Assembly (NCBI GenBank): GCA_963823665.1
Contig: CAWGMQ010000008.1
Coordinates: 1,472,001 to 1,536,000 of the forward strand
DNA from: an uncultured Planctomycetota bacterium
GTDB lineage: Bacteria; Planctomycetota; Planctomycetia; Isosphaerales; Isosphaeraceae
Length of the DNA: 64,000 nucleotides
Reading direction: 5' to 3'
Position numbers and translations under genes: made by a program. The notes below the pieces were generated by a model. The model was not told the DNA's origin. It saw nothing but the letters and a program-made list of their open reading frames with translations, and searched no databases. This document shows positions 1-10,824 of the stretch, in pieces (position 1 is the stretch's first letter; each line of letters opens with the position of its first letter).

Positions 1-2
1 AC

Positions 3-2867
3 ATCCTGCTGACAGCCGACGGCACGCCCAAGATCACGGACTTCGGTCTGGCCCGGCAGCTCGATAGCGACAGCGGCGAGACGCAGGCCGGCGCGGTGAT
101 GGGCACGCCCTCGTACATGGCCCCGGAGCAGGCGTCGGGGCACGCCCACGAAGCCGGGCCTGCAGCGGACATCTATGCCCTGGGCGCGATCCTCTACGCC
201 TGCCTGGCCGGCCGGCCGCCGTTCCAGGGCACAACGGTCGTCGAGACGCTCGACCAGGTACGGACCCAGGAGCCGGTAGCGCCGTCGCGCTGGCACGCGG
301 GGGTGCCGCTCGACCCGGAGACGATCTGCCTGAAGTGCCTGCGCAAGGAGCCGGAGAAGCGCTACGCGTCGGCCGCGGAGCTGGCAGACGACCTGGTGCG
401 GTATCAGGAGGGCGAGCCGATCCGGGCGCGGCCCGTAGGTCGCCTCGAACGGGGCGGCAAGTGGGTGAAACGCAATCCGCTGGTGGCCGGAGCGGCGCTG
501 GCCGTGGTACTGGCCCTGCTCATTGGCATCGGGGTGAGCACCTGGCAAGCGGTGCGGGCGACCCGGGCCAGCAGCGCCGCCAGGGCCGCCGAGGCCCGTG
601 CGGACGAGAAACGACGGGAAGCAGAGCGGCAGAAGGAACGCGCCGACGAAAACCAGCAGCGATCACGGCGATTGCTCTACGCCGCGGACATGAATCTCGC
701 TCAGCAGGCGCTCAAGCTAAACAATCTCGGCCGGGCGCACCGGTTGCTGGACCGGCATCGGCCGCAGCCCGGCGAAGAGGACCTGCGTGGCTGGGAGTGG
801 CGCTATCTCTGCCAACTGACCCGCAGCAGCGCCCTCGCCACGCTCACCAACCGGCCGGTGCGCGGCTTCGACGTCAGCTTTTCGCCGGATGGCAGCCGCT
901 TGGCCGTGGCTTGGTGTGACGGACACGTGGACTTGTGGGATGTCCCGGCGCGACGATTGCTTCGGGCGCTGGCGGATCGCGAACAGTCTGCCTTGCCACA
1001 CGTGGCCTTTTCCCCGGTTCGCAATCTTGTGGCGGCCACCTCCGATCCCAAGGTGGTAACCCTGTATGACGTCGACTCCGGCCGGGAATCGGTCCTCTGG
1101 CGGGCGCCCCAGGAGGGCTCGCGGAACGTTCGTAACCTGTCGTATTCGCAGGATGGTTCCAGGGTGGTCATCTACACGGCAGCCACCGGCAAGGTCGGTG
1201 AAGTCTGGGTGGTGAATGTGGCCTCCGCCACGGTCGAAAGCCGCCATTCAACTCATTTCTATAGTACGGGCTTTTTCGGCGCGGCCCGTCTCGCGCCCGA
1301 CAATCGGCGTCTTTATCTCGCGAGTTCGGACCAAGGGGACGAGCGCTGCAGCATCCAGTGCCTCGATCTCGCCACCAATCGGGAGATTTGGCAGACGGAA
1401 ACGCAACGAGATGCCGGCGTGGCCGACCTCGCGATCTCCGGCGACGGGAAAGTGCTGGTCTCCGCATCGGGATTCGCAGACCCCGCCATCCGTGTCTGGG
1501 ATGCCGCGACCGGCCGGCTGCTACGACAACTCGACGGACACACCGCCTGGGTTTGCGAGGTGGTTTTTTCCAGGGACGGGCGGCAATTGATCTCCGCGGC
1601 GAGCGATCAAACCATCCGCTTCTGGGATACCAGCACCTGGACCGAAACGCGCGTTCTGCGCGGCCACACTGACGAGGTGTGTGCCGTCGCGATCTCACCG
1701 AAGGAACAACTCGTGGCCAGCTCCAGCAAGGACGGCGACCTTATGCTGTGGAAAGCCGACGGAGGGAGCGCAGCAGATGGTTACTATCGTCTGCCGGAAG
1801 ACCTGAGGTCCGCGGAGGTTGGGCCGCAGGACCACTCGCGCATGGTACTGTTGCCAAGGGGCAAGCCGCCCCACCTGGTCGATCTCAAGCTGGACGCTCC
1901 CCCGGTCCCGTTGACTGATGTCGGATCTTCCACGGACGTCCTGGGCTGCTTCGGCACCAACATCCTTTGCCAATGGGACGGTGCCAACCGGATCATTGTT
2001 CGCGAGCTGCACGAGACGAATTTCACCCAACGGGGAATCATCGCGGTGGAATCCGGCCAGCGCCCGAGCCGGGTGGCCTATAACGTTGCGCGCAACTCTC
2101 TGGCGTGGGCCGAAGGGACCACATCGAATTCGGTCTTCGTGGCGAGCCTGGCGGAATCCGGTCGTCGCATTGAGTTCAAGAGTGATGTCCCCGGGCTGGT
2201 TCCCGACGGCTTCAGCGAAGATGGGAAATACCTGGTGGCCGTAACCACGGCCAGGGATACCTTGTCCCTGCTTCCGGCCAGGGATGCCCTGTGCGCCTGG
2301 GATGTCGAAACCGGCCAGATCGTGGCGTCCATCAACGAGACGCTAAATCTTACAACCTTTGGAGCAGAGGGGCGCGTGCTGGTCGTGACTATCCCGAAGG
2401 GTTCCGACCATGAGATCGTATTCTTCGATCTGGCCCACCCCGACCAGACACCGCGGCGTTCTAGCGGGAAACTCCCGGTCTATGGATTGGCCGTTTCGCC
2501 CGACGGCGGACTGGTGGCTGCTTCGACCGCGGGTGGTCTGGTGCAGCTGTTTGACCCCGCCAAGGGCGAGTTGATCGAATCGCTCCACGGTCATCTCAAT
2601 TCGGTCACCGGCCTGAACTTTTCTTCCGACGGACGACGATTGATTGCCGAGGGTGGCGCGCGGGAGGCGATCAAGCTCTGGGATGTCGGCACGCGGCAGG
2701 AACTGTTGACCTTGGCGGGTACCGGCTCCGTGCTCCGCATTGCTCGGTGGACTGCCGATGGCGACGTGATCCTCGCCGGTCCGCCCTGGCAGTTCTGGCG
2801 GGCACCGTCATGGGAGGAAATCGCCGCGGCAGAGGCGAAGGAGACCAAAGAGGCAGAGCGGCCGTGA
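3..2867 (+). CDS. Ser/Thr protein kinase with TM segment and C-terminal WD40 repeats (5' end outside window)
   Basis: Frame open from base 3: ILL...PKITDFGLAR, GTPSYMAPEQ, DIYALGAILY kinase subdomains; hydrophobic segment; DLRGWEWRYL linker; multiple GH...WD repeats. Confidence 0.95.
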   Translation: MLLTADGTPKITDFGLARQLDSDSGETQAGAVMGTPSYMAPEQASGHAHEAGPAADIYALGAILYACLAGRPPFQGTTVVETLDQVRTQEPVAPSRWHAGVPLDPETICLKCLRKEPEKRYASAAELADDLVRYQEGEPIRARPVGRLERGGKWVKRNPLVAGAALAVVLALLIGIGVSTWQAVRATRASSAARAAEARADEKRREAERQKERADENQQRSRRLLYAADMNLAQQALKLNNLGRAHRLLDRHRPQPGEEDLRGWEWRYLCQLTRSSALATLTNRPVRGFDVSFSPDGSRLAVAWCDGHVDLWDVPARRLLRALADREQSALPHVAFSPVRNLVAATSDPKVVTLYDVDSGRESVLWRAPQEGSRNVRNLSYSQDGSRVVIYTAATGKVGEVWVVNVASATVESRHSTHFYSTGFFGAARLAPDNRRLYLASSDQGDERCSIQCLDLATNREIWQTETQRDAGVADLAISGDGKVLVSASGFADPAIRVWDAATGRLLRQLDGHTAWVCEVVFSRDGRQLISAASDQTIRFWDTSTWTETRVLRGHTDEVCAVAISPKEQLVASSSKDGDLMLWKADGGSAADGYYRLPEDLRSAEVGPQDHSRMVLLPRGKPPHLVDLKLDAPPVPLTDVGSSTDVLGCFGTNILCQWDGANRIIVRELHETNFTQRGIIAVESGQRPSRVAYNVARNSLAWAEGTTSNSVFVASLAESGRRIEFKSDVPGLVPDGFSEDGKYLVAVTTARDTLSLLPARDALCAWDVETGQIVASINETLNLTTFGAEGRVLVVTIPKGSDHEIVFFDLAHPDQTPRRSSGKLPVYGLAVSPDGGLVAASTAGGLVQLFDPAKGELIESLHGHLNSVTGLNFSSDGRRLIAEGGAREAIKLWDVGTRQELLTLAGTGSVLRIARWTADGDVILAGPPWQFWRAPSWEEIAAAEAKETKEAERP

Positions 2868-2896
2868 ATGCGACCTCCCTCGCCGGCCACCGGGCC

Positions 2897-3070
2897 CTAC
2901 CTGACGACCCTGGTGAGCACCAGATCGCCGATCCACACGGTCCCCGTCCGCCCTCCGACGTTGAAGACGATCAAGTGGAGCGACGGGCGTTCGCCGCGAC
3001 GGTAGCGTCCGGCGAGCTCATCGGCCAGGCGGTTGAGCAGGACGTAGCGTTCGGAGCTGAGCGTGGCCAT
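2897..3070 (-). pseudogene. Remnant N-terminus of a Ser/Thr kinase gene
   Basis: Own translation MATLSSERYVLLNRLADELAGRYRRGERPSL resembles the N-terminus of planctomycete sigma-associated kinases; the sequence then diverges and stops. Confidence 0.6.
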
Positions 3071-3072
3071 AG

Positions 3073-3250
3073 TCAGAGACCTTCCTGCCCGCCGGGCAGA
3101 TCAGCGAGGACTTGTTTGACGCGCCGGAGGGCCCGGAAGTCGCGCTTGGCGGCGGCTGATTCCTCGATGCCGAGCACCTGGGCAGCCTCGGCGGCGGTCA
3201 GCTCCTCGAAGTGCCACAGCGACACGATCTCTCGATCCACCGGGTCGAGG
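3073..3250 (-). pseudogene. Remnant C-terminal region 4 of an ECF sigma factor
   Basis: Own translation LDPVDREIVSLWHFEELTAAEAAQVLGIEESAAAKRDFRALRRVKQVL; no region 2 or start codon upstream. Confidence 0.75.
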
Positions 3251-3455
3251 GATCAGGTCCACGCAATCAGCCAAGTTGCGCTCCATACAGGCTCCCCCTA
3301 ACCTATTACCTCCGCCAGCCGGCTCTCACTGGACAGGCGGCCGGAATTATCTTGGCTCCCGGGCGAGATGGGGCGTGGCCCGGAGCGACGACCACGAGCC
3401 GCTCGATCGTACCCGGCCCCGATTCATTTCCGCCCGGAGCCGCAGTTCAATGTTC

Positions 3456-6400
3456 TCAGCACGCCTTGGGCTTGGCATCCGCCTTAGATTTGTTTGTCTC
3501 CTCATCGAGCTTACGGATCGTGTCGCGGGCGACAGGCGCCGTAGAGTCGGAAATGAAGCGGTCCTCGGCAGCCCTCTGCAAGAACTCGCGGGCCTCGAGC
3601 GGCCTGCCGTGCTTTTGCAGGAACATACCGACGATAAAATCCAGAAGCCACACTTCGCTGGGATGGAAGTTCTGCCGCTGCTCGGCGATTGCCGGCAAGT
3701 CGAGCGACCGGCCGCCGTCGCGATCGATGGCCTCGTGAAAGAGCCGCCAGATCGCCGCAGTATGAGGAGATTCCGGCTCGTGGCGTGTTTCCAATAGCTC
3801 GAACAACTGATCGCGCGCGGCCTGATCATCGACGAGGTCAGCGACGAGCCAGGGAAGCATGCATCGGCTCGCCGAAGGCGACGACTCATACAACCGGCGC
3901 AGCGCCGGCAGCGCCTTCTTGAACTGGGAACTGCTCACATAAAATCCTCCGACACGCTCCAGCGTATCGGGTGCAAGCTCGCCCGCATTTGTCGTCGCCC
4001 ACTCACTGGCGAATGCAAACGCCGCGTCGATGTCCCCGGTTCCCGTCGTCCGGCAGAGTGTATACCAGCGGTCCCAGGCCTCCGACCCATACCGCTCGCT
4101 GGCGGCGCGGGCCCACTTTTCGGCCTCCTTCCAGTCTTTTCGGCCGACGGCGCATTTCTCGGCGCAGATCATCGCCCAGCCGGCACCGGTCGCCGCGGCA
4201 GCTTCGGCATAAGGCCGGGCCTTCTCCCACTGCTTCTGGCTCATGTAGTAAGTGGCAAGCGCGACGCGAAACTGAGCCTGTTCAAGAGCGGGACCGCCTC
4301 CTTCCTCGAGATACCTCTCGATCACTTCCAGCCACCGCGAGCTGTCGTGTTTCTTCGCGTAGATCTCGGCCAGCTTCGCATAAGCCCAGGAATCGCGCCA
4401 CCGCTTCAGGTAGTCCAGCAGCACCCGCTCAGCTTCTTGCGTGTTTCCCAGGGCGTCGTAACGGCGGGCAATCGCACCCAGGAGCACCGGCGAGCCCGCG
4501 GCTTCCTTCCCCCATTCTGCCATGTGAGGCTGCGCGGTCCCAGTCGTGTTCGATCTGGATGCTCTTGGCATACTGTGAATGCGGACTCACCGCGAAAAGC
4601 AGCCTGTCGGCTATTGGGTCTTGCGCCCCGCCCGTTTGCAGCGCGTCGCGAATTCGCAACGAAAGGTCACGCACGACGTGGTCGGAGTTTCTATCCATGA
4701 ACACGCGAATGGCGCGTGCGTGGCTGCCCAGCGCGGTGGCGCCGAATCCAAACAGCTCGCCCGTCGCGGGCTCGAGATTCATCACGTTGAATTGCTCGAT
4801 GAACGAATCGACCGGCCCCTTTCCGGGTCTCGCCGGGCTCGCAGAAAACGTGTGAAGAAAGGGTTCCAGCGGATGCCCGGCGATCGCGCCGCGCGCCTGA
4901 GACCAGAACCCCTCGCTCGGCTTATTTCCAAACGCTTGCATGTAGACGAGCCGCCGATAGACGAGCAGGAACTGCGTCTCACGAATCAGGTGGCCCAGGG
5001 CGCTCCAGGACAGCTCGCCCGCGTCCTGGTCCGATCCCGCGGCTTGCTCGAGCAGTTTCGCCAACTGAACGGAGCTGCCGGGGTTCTTGACGAACGCTTG
5101 CACCGAAAGAGGCAGTCCCGCGAACCCCTTCAGCTTGAAGGGAACTGTCTCGTCGAGCGCCTTGGGTCCGAGCGTCGTCACGACCTGAAGGGTCGAGACT
5201 CCCCGGCAAGCGCAGATCGCGTCGAGCGCCCGGAAGCAGTCGGGTTCAAGCGTGATGACATTAAACGCGGCCGTGAGCGTGGTGTTGGGCAGCGGAGGGA
5301 ACTCAAGCACCGTTAGCCGCAGCGCCGCCGCCAGCTTGGAATTCGGGCTGCCTCGGGATTCGAGCGCCTTGTCATCACATCGAGCCAGCGCGGAGATCGG
5401 CTCGACCCACGCTGGTCGAGCCGCTTTCTTCGCCGCGGAATCGGCCAGAGACTCGGCTGCCTTCAAGTCGGCAATAGCATTCGCGTGCAAGCCCGAAAGC
5501 GCCAGAGCAAAAGCCCTGTGCCACAACCCCCACGCCTCTTTCGGCCCCCGCGCAACCAGCCGCTGTGCATATAGCAGTGCGCGGGCTTTGTATGCCTTGT
5601 GAGCAGGGTGCCACTGAAACTCGCTGAGTAATCCCAGGAGCGCATAGCCTCGAGCCAGAGCCCCCACTCGCGCGGGCGATTCCCCGTCCGAGCGAATCAG
5701 CGCGTGCAGGTCTTTGATCGCCGCAAAGACCTCCGGGAAACCGAGGCTGCCGAGCCGGCTCTCGATCGCTTCGGGCACCGAGCCTTCGGCCTTCGTCGCG
5801 TTCGGTTTGCCGTCGAGCCCGAGCTGGCGCAGTACGGCGGGAAACTCGGTTCGCGAGAGTTCCTCGGTTTGCTTGGCCAGATCGGCCAGGTCTTCGGGAA
5901 TCGGGTCGCCACTCGCATTCTTGGCGGTGCCGGCCGGAATCCTCGTCAAATCATGCTCGAATAGCGGCGCGGAATCCGCTTTCTCCGGCTGCGAGACGAC
6001 CACGCGAATGAGTCCGTTCGGCCCGGAGATCGTGTGAATCTCCGGGCCAGAGCCCGCCGGCGATTGAGCGTTCTGCCGCTCTCCCACCACGTCGTCTCGA
6101 GTAAGCAAACCCAGCTCGTCGCGGGCAGCGATCAGGAAGGCCTGGCGGATCAGCTCCCGCTGGAGGATCCCCGCCCTGGCGTTAGGAGCCGGCGCGCTTT
6201 CTCGAATACCGAAAGGCATTCCCAGCGCGAGAATCGCTCGGGCCCCTGCGCCGTTCTGCGGCTGGTAAACCCCGATCCGGGTCCGCGCCAGAGTCGGGCG
6301 GGAGCTCGAGCTGTTCGTGGCCGCCCCGGTCTTCGCGCCGGCCCCGTCCGCTGCTGCCTGCACGGGCAATTCCGACTTCTTGATTTCCTCGGGAGGCATC

Positions 6401-6627
6401 CCGAACTTCCGGTACCCCGCGTAACCGAGCGCAGCCACGGCAACGCCGGCGGTCGCGAGACCAAGTCCAATGAGCACGGATCGCCTGTTCCCTCCCGGCG
6501 CCGGCTTCTCGGCTGCGCGAGCCAGCCACTTCCGGCATTGCGGACACTTGAAACTGCTGCCGGGCTTTCCCGGCGGCGTGGGAAACGTGGCCTGACAATA
6601 GCAACAAGTCATCTCGCCCGAGGACAT
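3456..6627 (-). CDS. Large membrane-anchored TPR-like protein with N-terminal Zn-ribbon (frameshift near 4530)
   Basis: CCYC...CPQC motif, TM helix, helical TPR-like repeats; ORFs 4429..6696 and 3456..4571 join across one indel. Confidence 0.7.
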
Positions 6628-6774
6628 GACGTCGACCTCGCTTGATTGAGAAGAGGACCCGGCCGGTGATTCCAACAAGCGGCCGCAGTATATCAAAACG
6701 CGGCGCGGTTTACCGACATGTCGATCGACCCGCGCCGTGCTCGTCCTTCCCCGCTTTCGTCATTCTGTCGGCGG

Positions 6775-7347
6775 CTACCAGATTAACCTGCTCATCCAAC
6801 GCGACTTCGCCTGCGTGTAGATCGCCTTCTTGGCCCGTTCAACGCCCCTCGCCTTCTCGACCTCGCTCTTCAACTCCTCAATTGTCCGGACGTTCGTTGC
6901 CTCCACGTTCATCTTCTTCCTACGCACTTGGTGAAGCTGCTGCTCTGCCACTCTGATCTCGCGCTCGTTCTCGGTAAACTCGGGCTTGGTGATGTTCGTC
7001 TTTTCCGCCTGGCGCCTCGATCGGTCAAGTAATTCGTGAGCGATCTTCAAATCATTTTCGGCCAACGAGATCTCAGCCTCCACCGATTTGACATCCTGCT
7101 TGGCAATAGCCTGTGCGAACTCCGCCAGCGCCGTCTCGGCAACTTCTCGGGTGAGCCTCGATTGCACGTAAGCGGCTTCGGCGTCCCGAACGCGGAGCCG
7201 GTGCATGACCAACCCAAGAACGCAGCCGCAGACCAACACAAGGGCCATCAGCGCACGAAGGCTGATGCGGATCTGGAGCCGACGCCAAGGTTCAGGAGTG
7301 GCCCCTCCCTTCGGCGACTGAGATCGTATCACGGTCGCAGATACCAT
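6775..7347 (-). CDS. Hypothetical membrane-anchored coiled-coil protein
   Basis: RISLRALMALVLV N-terminal motif typical of planctomycetes, followed by a charged coiled coil; overlaps the end of the upstream gene. Confidence 0.7.
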   Translation of the reverse strand: MVSATVIRSQSPKGGATPEPWRRLQIRISLRALMALVLVCGCVLGLVMHRLRVRDAEAAYVQSRLTREVAETALAEFAQAIAKQDVKSVEAEISLAENDLKIAHELLDRSRRQAEKTNITKPEFTENEREIRVAEQQLHQVRRKKMNVEATNVRTIEELKSEVEKARGVERAKKAIYTQAKSRWMSRLIW

Positions 7348-8108
7348 TCCTTTAGTTCGATTCGCTCCCCGCCCGCGATCGTGAGGAGCGCCCTCAGCGT
7401 TTCCGGACGGAGGTTTGACGGAAGATTGGTGACCATGTCGTCCACGGTAAGGACATGCGGACCGGGATAGCTCGATCCCCAGGCTGAGTGATTGCTCGAG
7501 ACGCTCGGTTGAGTTCGGTCGTTGAGCTGGAAACTCATCGTCTTCCAGTCAAGTTCCCTGGGCTCCATCCAGTGAATCCCGGCGTTAACGACCTCGACGA
7601 CGATGAGCGTGTTCTCCGGCCCATCGGTCACGTCGGCCAGCCTGCGCGACGTACCGTCGCTCGGGAACATGGTGCCTGGCCCCACGACCGCGACATAATT
7701 GGTGCCGGTTGTTCCCGTGGTCGTCCGATCGCATGGGCAATTCAGCGTGTTGTCGGGAGTGAGCCCGTGCAGCGTTCGGTTTCTTGGGCTGTCCCAGGCC
7801 TCGTCGAAGTGGAACCCACCCGCGAGCCGGCCGCCGAACCATTGGTCGGTGCGATCGAGTTCAGCCATCAGCACAACGCGCCAGCTATAAAGCGGCTTGC
7901 CCTTCGCATCGGCCACGTACGCCGGCGGAAAGCACCCATACTTTGACTCGTAATTCAAGAGGGCCAAACCGATCTGTTTGAGGTGTCCGGCGCACTGGCT
8001 CGACCGTGCATCTTCGCGCGCACTGTCGTAAGCGCGCTTACTGCACGTCATCGCCGTACACACCAGCGCGACGACCCCGACATACCCCATAGCACGACGC
8101 ACGGTCAT
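7329..8108 (-). CDS. DUF1559 family protein
   Basis: AREDARSSQCAGHLKQIGLALLNYES, FPPAY, SWRV, DVTDGPENTLIVVE, IHWMEP motifs. Confidence 0.9.
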   Translation of the reverse strand: MTVRRAMGYVGVVALVCTAMTCSKRAYDSAREDARSSQCAGHLKQIGLALLNYESKYGCFPPAYVADAKGKPLYSWRVVLMAELDRTDQWFGGRLAGGFHFDEAWDSPRNRTLHGLTPDNTLNCPCDRTTTGTTGTNYVAVVGPGTMFPSDGTSRRLADVTDGPENTLIVVEVVNAGIHWMEPRELDWKTMSFQLNDRTQPSVSSNHSAWGSSYPGPHVLTVDDMVTNLPSNLRPETLRALLTIAGGERIELKEWYLRP

Positions 8109-8252
8109 TCGTGAGCTCCCATGGCTCGTGAAGCGACCAGCCTCGCCCCGCGATCCGACTCCACCTCCATGTTCTCAGTGTCCTCGATAGTTCGACCGCT
8201 GACAATCATTCGCAATGCCGTCCGCGCAGCCTCTACTGCGGGTTCACGTAAA

Positions 8253-8677
8253 TCACCGTCGCAGAAACCATTCTTTACTTTCGATTCTTTCGCCGCCATC
8301 GATCGTCAGGAGTGCCTTCAGTGTCTCCGGTCGGAGGTTCGCAGGAACAATCGTCACCATGTCGTCCACGGTAAGGACATGCGGACCGGGATAGCTCGAT
8401 CCCCGGGCTGGGTGATTGCTCGACACACTCGGGTGAGTTTGGTCGTTGAGTTGGAAACTCAGCGGCTTGCCCTTCGCATCGGCCACGTACGCCGGCGGAA
8501 AGCACCCATACTTCGACTCGTAGTTCAAAAGGCCCAAACCGATCTGCTTGAGGTTGCTGATGCACTGAGCCGAGCGCACGGCCTCGCGAGCAGCGCCGAT
8601 TCGCGCGCGAGCCACGTCAGCGGCAGACAGGCCAGCGCGACGAGCCCGACATACCCCATAGCACGACGCACGGTCAT
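8253..8677 (-). pseudogene. Degenerate tandem paralog of the DUF1559 gene
   Basis: Near-identical DNA to both ends of 7329..8108, but lacks the segment equivalent to ~7537-7890 and has a 5' frameshift. Confidence 0.85.
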
Positions 8678-8779
8678 TCAGGACCTCCCACCACCCACCA
8701 CGCGACCGCCCGCTCTGCCCAGACGAGAGCCTCCGAGCCGGGAGCGCAAAACGTCTCTTTGCCCTCTGTCCGAGTCTTG

Positions 8780-9529
8780 TTACTGGGCACAGACGCCGCC
8801 ATCAACCGGCAGCGTGTGGCCGGTGACGTATCGGGCTTCGTCGGAGAGCAACCACACGACGGCGTCGGCGATCTCGTCTGGCTGGCCAATTCGACCCATC
8901 GGCACGAACGCGGCGTAGCTGTGCGGGTCGCCCCCGGTCCCGCGCGCCAGGAGCGGCGTCTCGACGGGTCCGGGGCCGACCGCATTCACCCGGATGTTCT
9001 GCTTGGCGTAGTCCAGAGCCGCCGCCTTGGTCATCCCGGTGACGGCGTGTTTGCTCGCGACGTAGAGCGACCAGCCGGGATACCCGTTCAATCCAAAGAT
9101 CGACGACGTGTTAACAATCGCCCCGCCCCCTGTCGCGAGCATGCGCTCGATCTCGTACTTCATGCAATAGAACACACCCTTGATGTTCACGTCGAAGAGG
9201 AACGACGCCTTGTCGAGATCCTGCTCGTGCAGCGGCACCTGCTGGCCGTCGACGCCTGCGTTATTGAACGCAATGTCGAGGCGCCCGTACTCGCTCGCAG
9301 CCCGCTCGACGAGCGCCTTCACGTCGCTTGGTCGGCTAACGTCCGTTTTCTGAAACACAGCCCGGCCCTGCATTCGCCGGACGAGTTGCACGACCTCTTC
9401 GCCCTTGCCAGCATCCCGGTTGCCGATGACCACAGTCGCCCCGGCCCTCGCCATCGCCAGCGCCGTGGCCTTGCCGATGCCCGTCCCACCCCCGGTCACG
9501 ATGCCGATCTTCCCGGTCAAGGTCGCCAT
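8780..9529 (-). CDS. SDR family NAD(P)-dependent oxidoreductase
   Basis: TGGGTGIG, NNAG, YVASK, TGHTLPVDGG motifs. Confidence 0.95.
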   Translation of the reverse strand: MATLTGKIGIVTGGGTGIGKATALAMARAGATVVIGNRDAGKGEEVVQLVRRMQGRAVFQKTDVSRPSDVKALVERAASEYGRLDIAFNNAGVDGQQVPLHEQDLDKASFLFDVNIKGVFYCMKYEIERMLATGGGAIVNTSSIFGLNGYPGWSLYVASKHAVTGMTKAAALDYAKQNIRVNAVGPGPVETPLLARGTGGDPHSYAAFVPMGRIGQPDEIADAVVWLLSDEARYVTGHTLPVDGGVCAQ

Positions 9530-9842
9530 GCCACGCTCCCTTCGACGCTAAAAACGTCCATTCGCTTGTGTATCGAGTCGATCCTTGAAAAACGCAGGCA
9601 TCCGCGGACGGTGCGCAGTCGAATGGCGCTCTGGAATCTCACTCCCTGGTTTCCTGTCTTCCTCATTCTCTCGCCATGACCATCACTCTAACGCAGATCA
9701 TCACCAGGGTCTTTGCCTTCTTGCCGCGTTCCTCGGCTCGACCAAGGGGCACGAGGTCGCTCGGCACCATTACATTGTTCGCCGCGGCTTTTCGACCGAT
9801 CACGTTTTGTCCGAAGGGGATGGTCGCAAGACGCACGGGGTC

Positions 9843-9851
9843 TGATAGAAT
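9843..9851 (+). promoter_or_regulatory. Putative extended -10 promoter (TGnTAGAAT)
   Basis: TGATAGAAT 28 nt upstream of ATG 9879; GGGGAG SD-like sequence in between. Confidence 0.4.
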
Positions 9852-9878
9852 TGAGACGACCCATGGGGAGATGCGTTA

Positions 9879-10823
9879 ATGGTGAACAAAAAAAAGACAG
9901 GACCGCGCAGAACCGTTGCCAAGCGTAAGAGGCATGCTGCTTTCATCTCCGCTCCTTTTTTCATTGATACCAACGTGCTCGTCCAAGTTCTGAAGGATCG
10001 AGATGTCGAGCCGATTCGCCTCGATGAAATGGAATCGGGCCAGCGCCTCCAGGAATTGGTTAGGAAATCGATCAACCGAGCCGACTTCGTGATCGCCGTT
10101 CTGGGTGATCTGAATCCCAACGTATTGTTCGAGTTGGGCGTCGCAACGGGTTTGGGCAAGCATGTGCTCGTGCTCGGCTCTCCCAAGCACCTCATGCCCG
10201 CTGATCTCGCCGGAATGACTTATCTCAGAGCAGATCCCGCAGACCCACGCGATCGTGAGGCCATCGAATTTGGCTTGGACCAGCTCCTTTCGGCACCAAG
10301 CTCAAAGCGCGCACCGCAGGTCTCGCGCGGTCGCAAGACGCGGGCGATTGGCAAGTCGGCCGACAAACTGATGGAAGAATTGAAGATACTGCGGGAGGAC
10401 AACGGAGGTCGCGAAGCGGATCTCGTCCGTATAATCTCCGAGGCGATCGAAAAAAGTGGTGTATCGACCGTCTCGAAAGAGTCCCCGCTACGGTCGGCAC
10501 GGACGGGGGATCTCGCTGTTTGGTCCGATGACCTGGAGCCTTGGATCGGTAACCCGATGATAATTCAGGTCAAGCAGCGATTGACTAGCAAGAGGGACCT
10601 CGAAAAAGCGATTCAAGACCTTTCCACGGCACTCGATGAAACGCGCTCTCGACGATGCCTTCTGGTCTATCTGGACGCGAAGCCAGCAATTCTCTACGGC
10701 AGCTTGTACGACCCGAGGATCATCGTCTTGTCCGCCGAAGAACTTATTGGCGGGCTGAAGGAGGTTGGACTGGGCGACCTCTTGCGCCGTACGCGGAATG
10801 AATACGCGCAATTGAGGGGCTAG
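9879..10823 (+). CDS. Nucleoside 2-deoxyribosyltransferase/TIR-like domain fused to a PD-(D/E)xK-like domain
   Basis: N-half AFISAPF...INRADFVIAVL..NPNVLFELGVATGLGKHVLVL...MPADL; C-half GDLAVW...IIQVK. Confidence 0.7.
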   Translation: MVNKKKTGPRRTVAKRKRHAAFISAPFFIDTNVLVQVLKDRDVEPIRLDEMESGQRLQELVRKSINRADFVIAVLGDLNPNVLFELGVATGLGKHVLVLGSPKHLMPADLAGMTYLRADPADPRDREAIEFGLDQLLSAPSSKRAPQVSRGRKTRAIGKSADKLMEELKILREDNGGREADLVRIISEAIEKSGVSTVSKESPLRSARTGDLAVWSDDLEPWIGNPMIIQVKQRLTSKRDLEKAIQDLSTALDETRSRRCLLVYLDAKPAILYGSLYDPRIIVLSAEELIGGLKEVGLGDLLRRTRNEYAQLRG

Positions 10824-10824
10824 G

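Noticed and set aside
8759..9679. Long antisense or alternate-frame ORFs (e.g. 8759..9679, 18009..19409, 37618..38781, 42679..44193, 45030..46328, 58179..59417)
   Set aside because: Shadow ORFs of real genes, expected in high-GC DNA; no motifs
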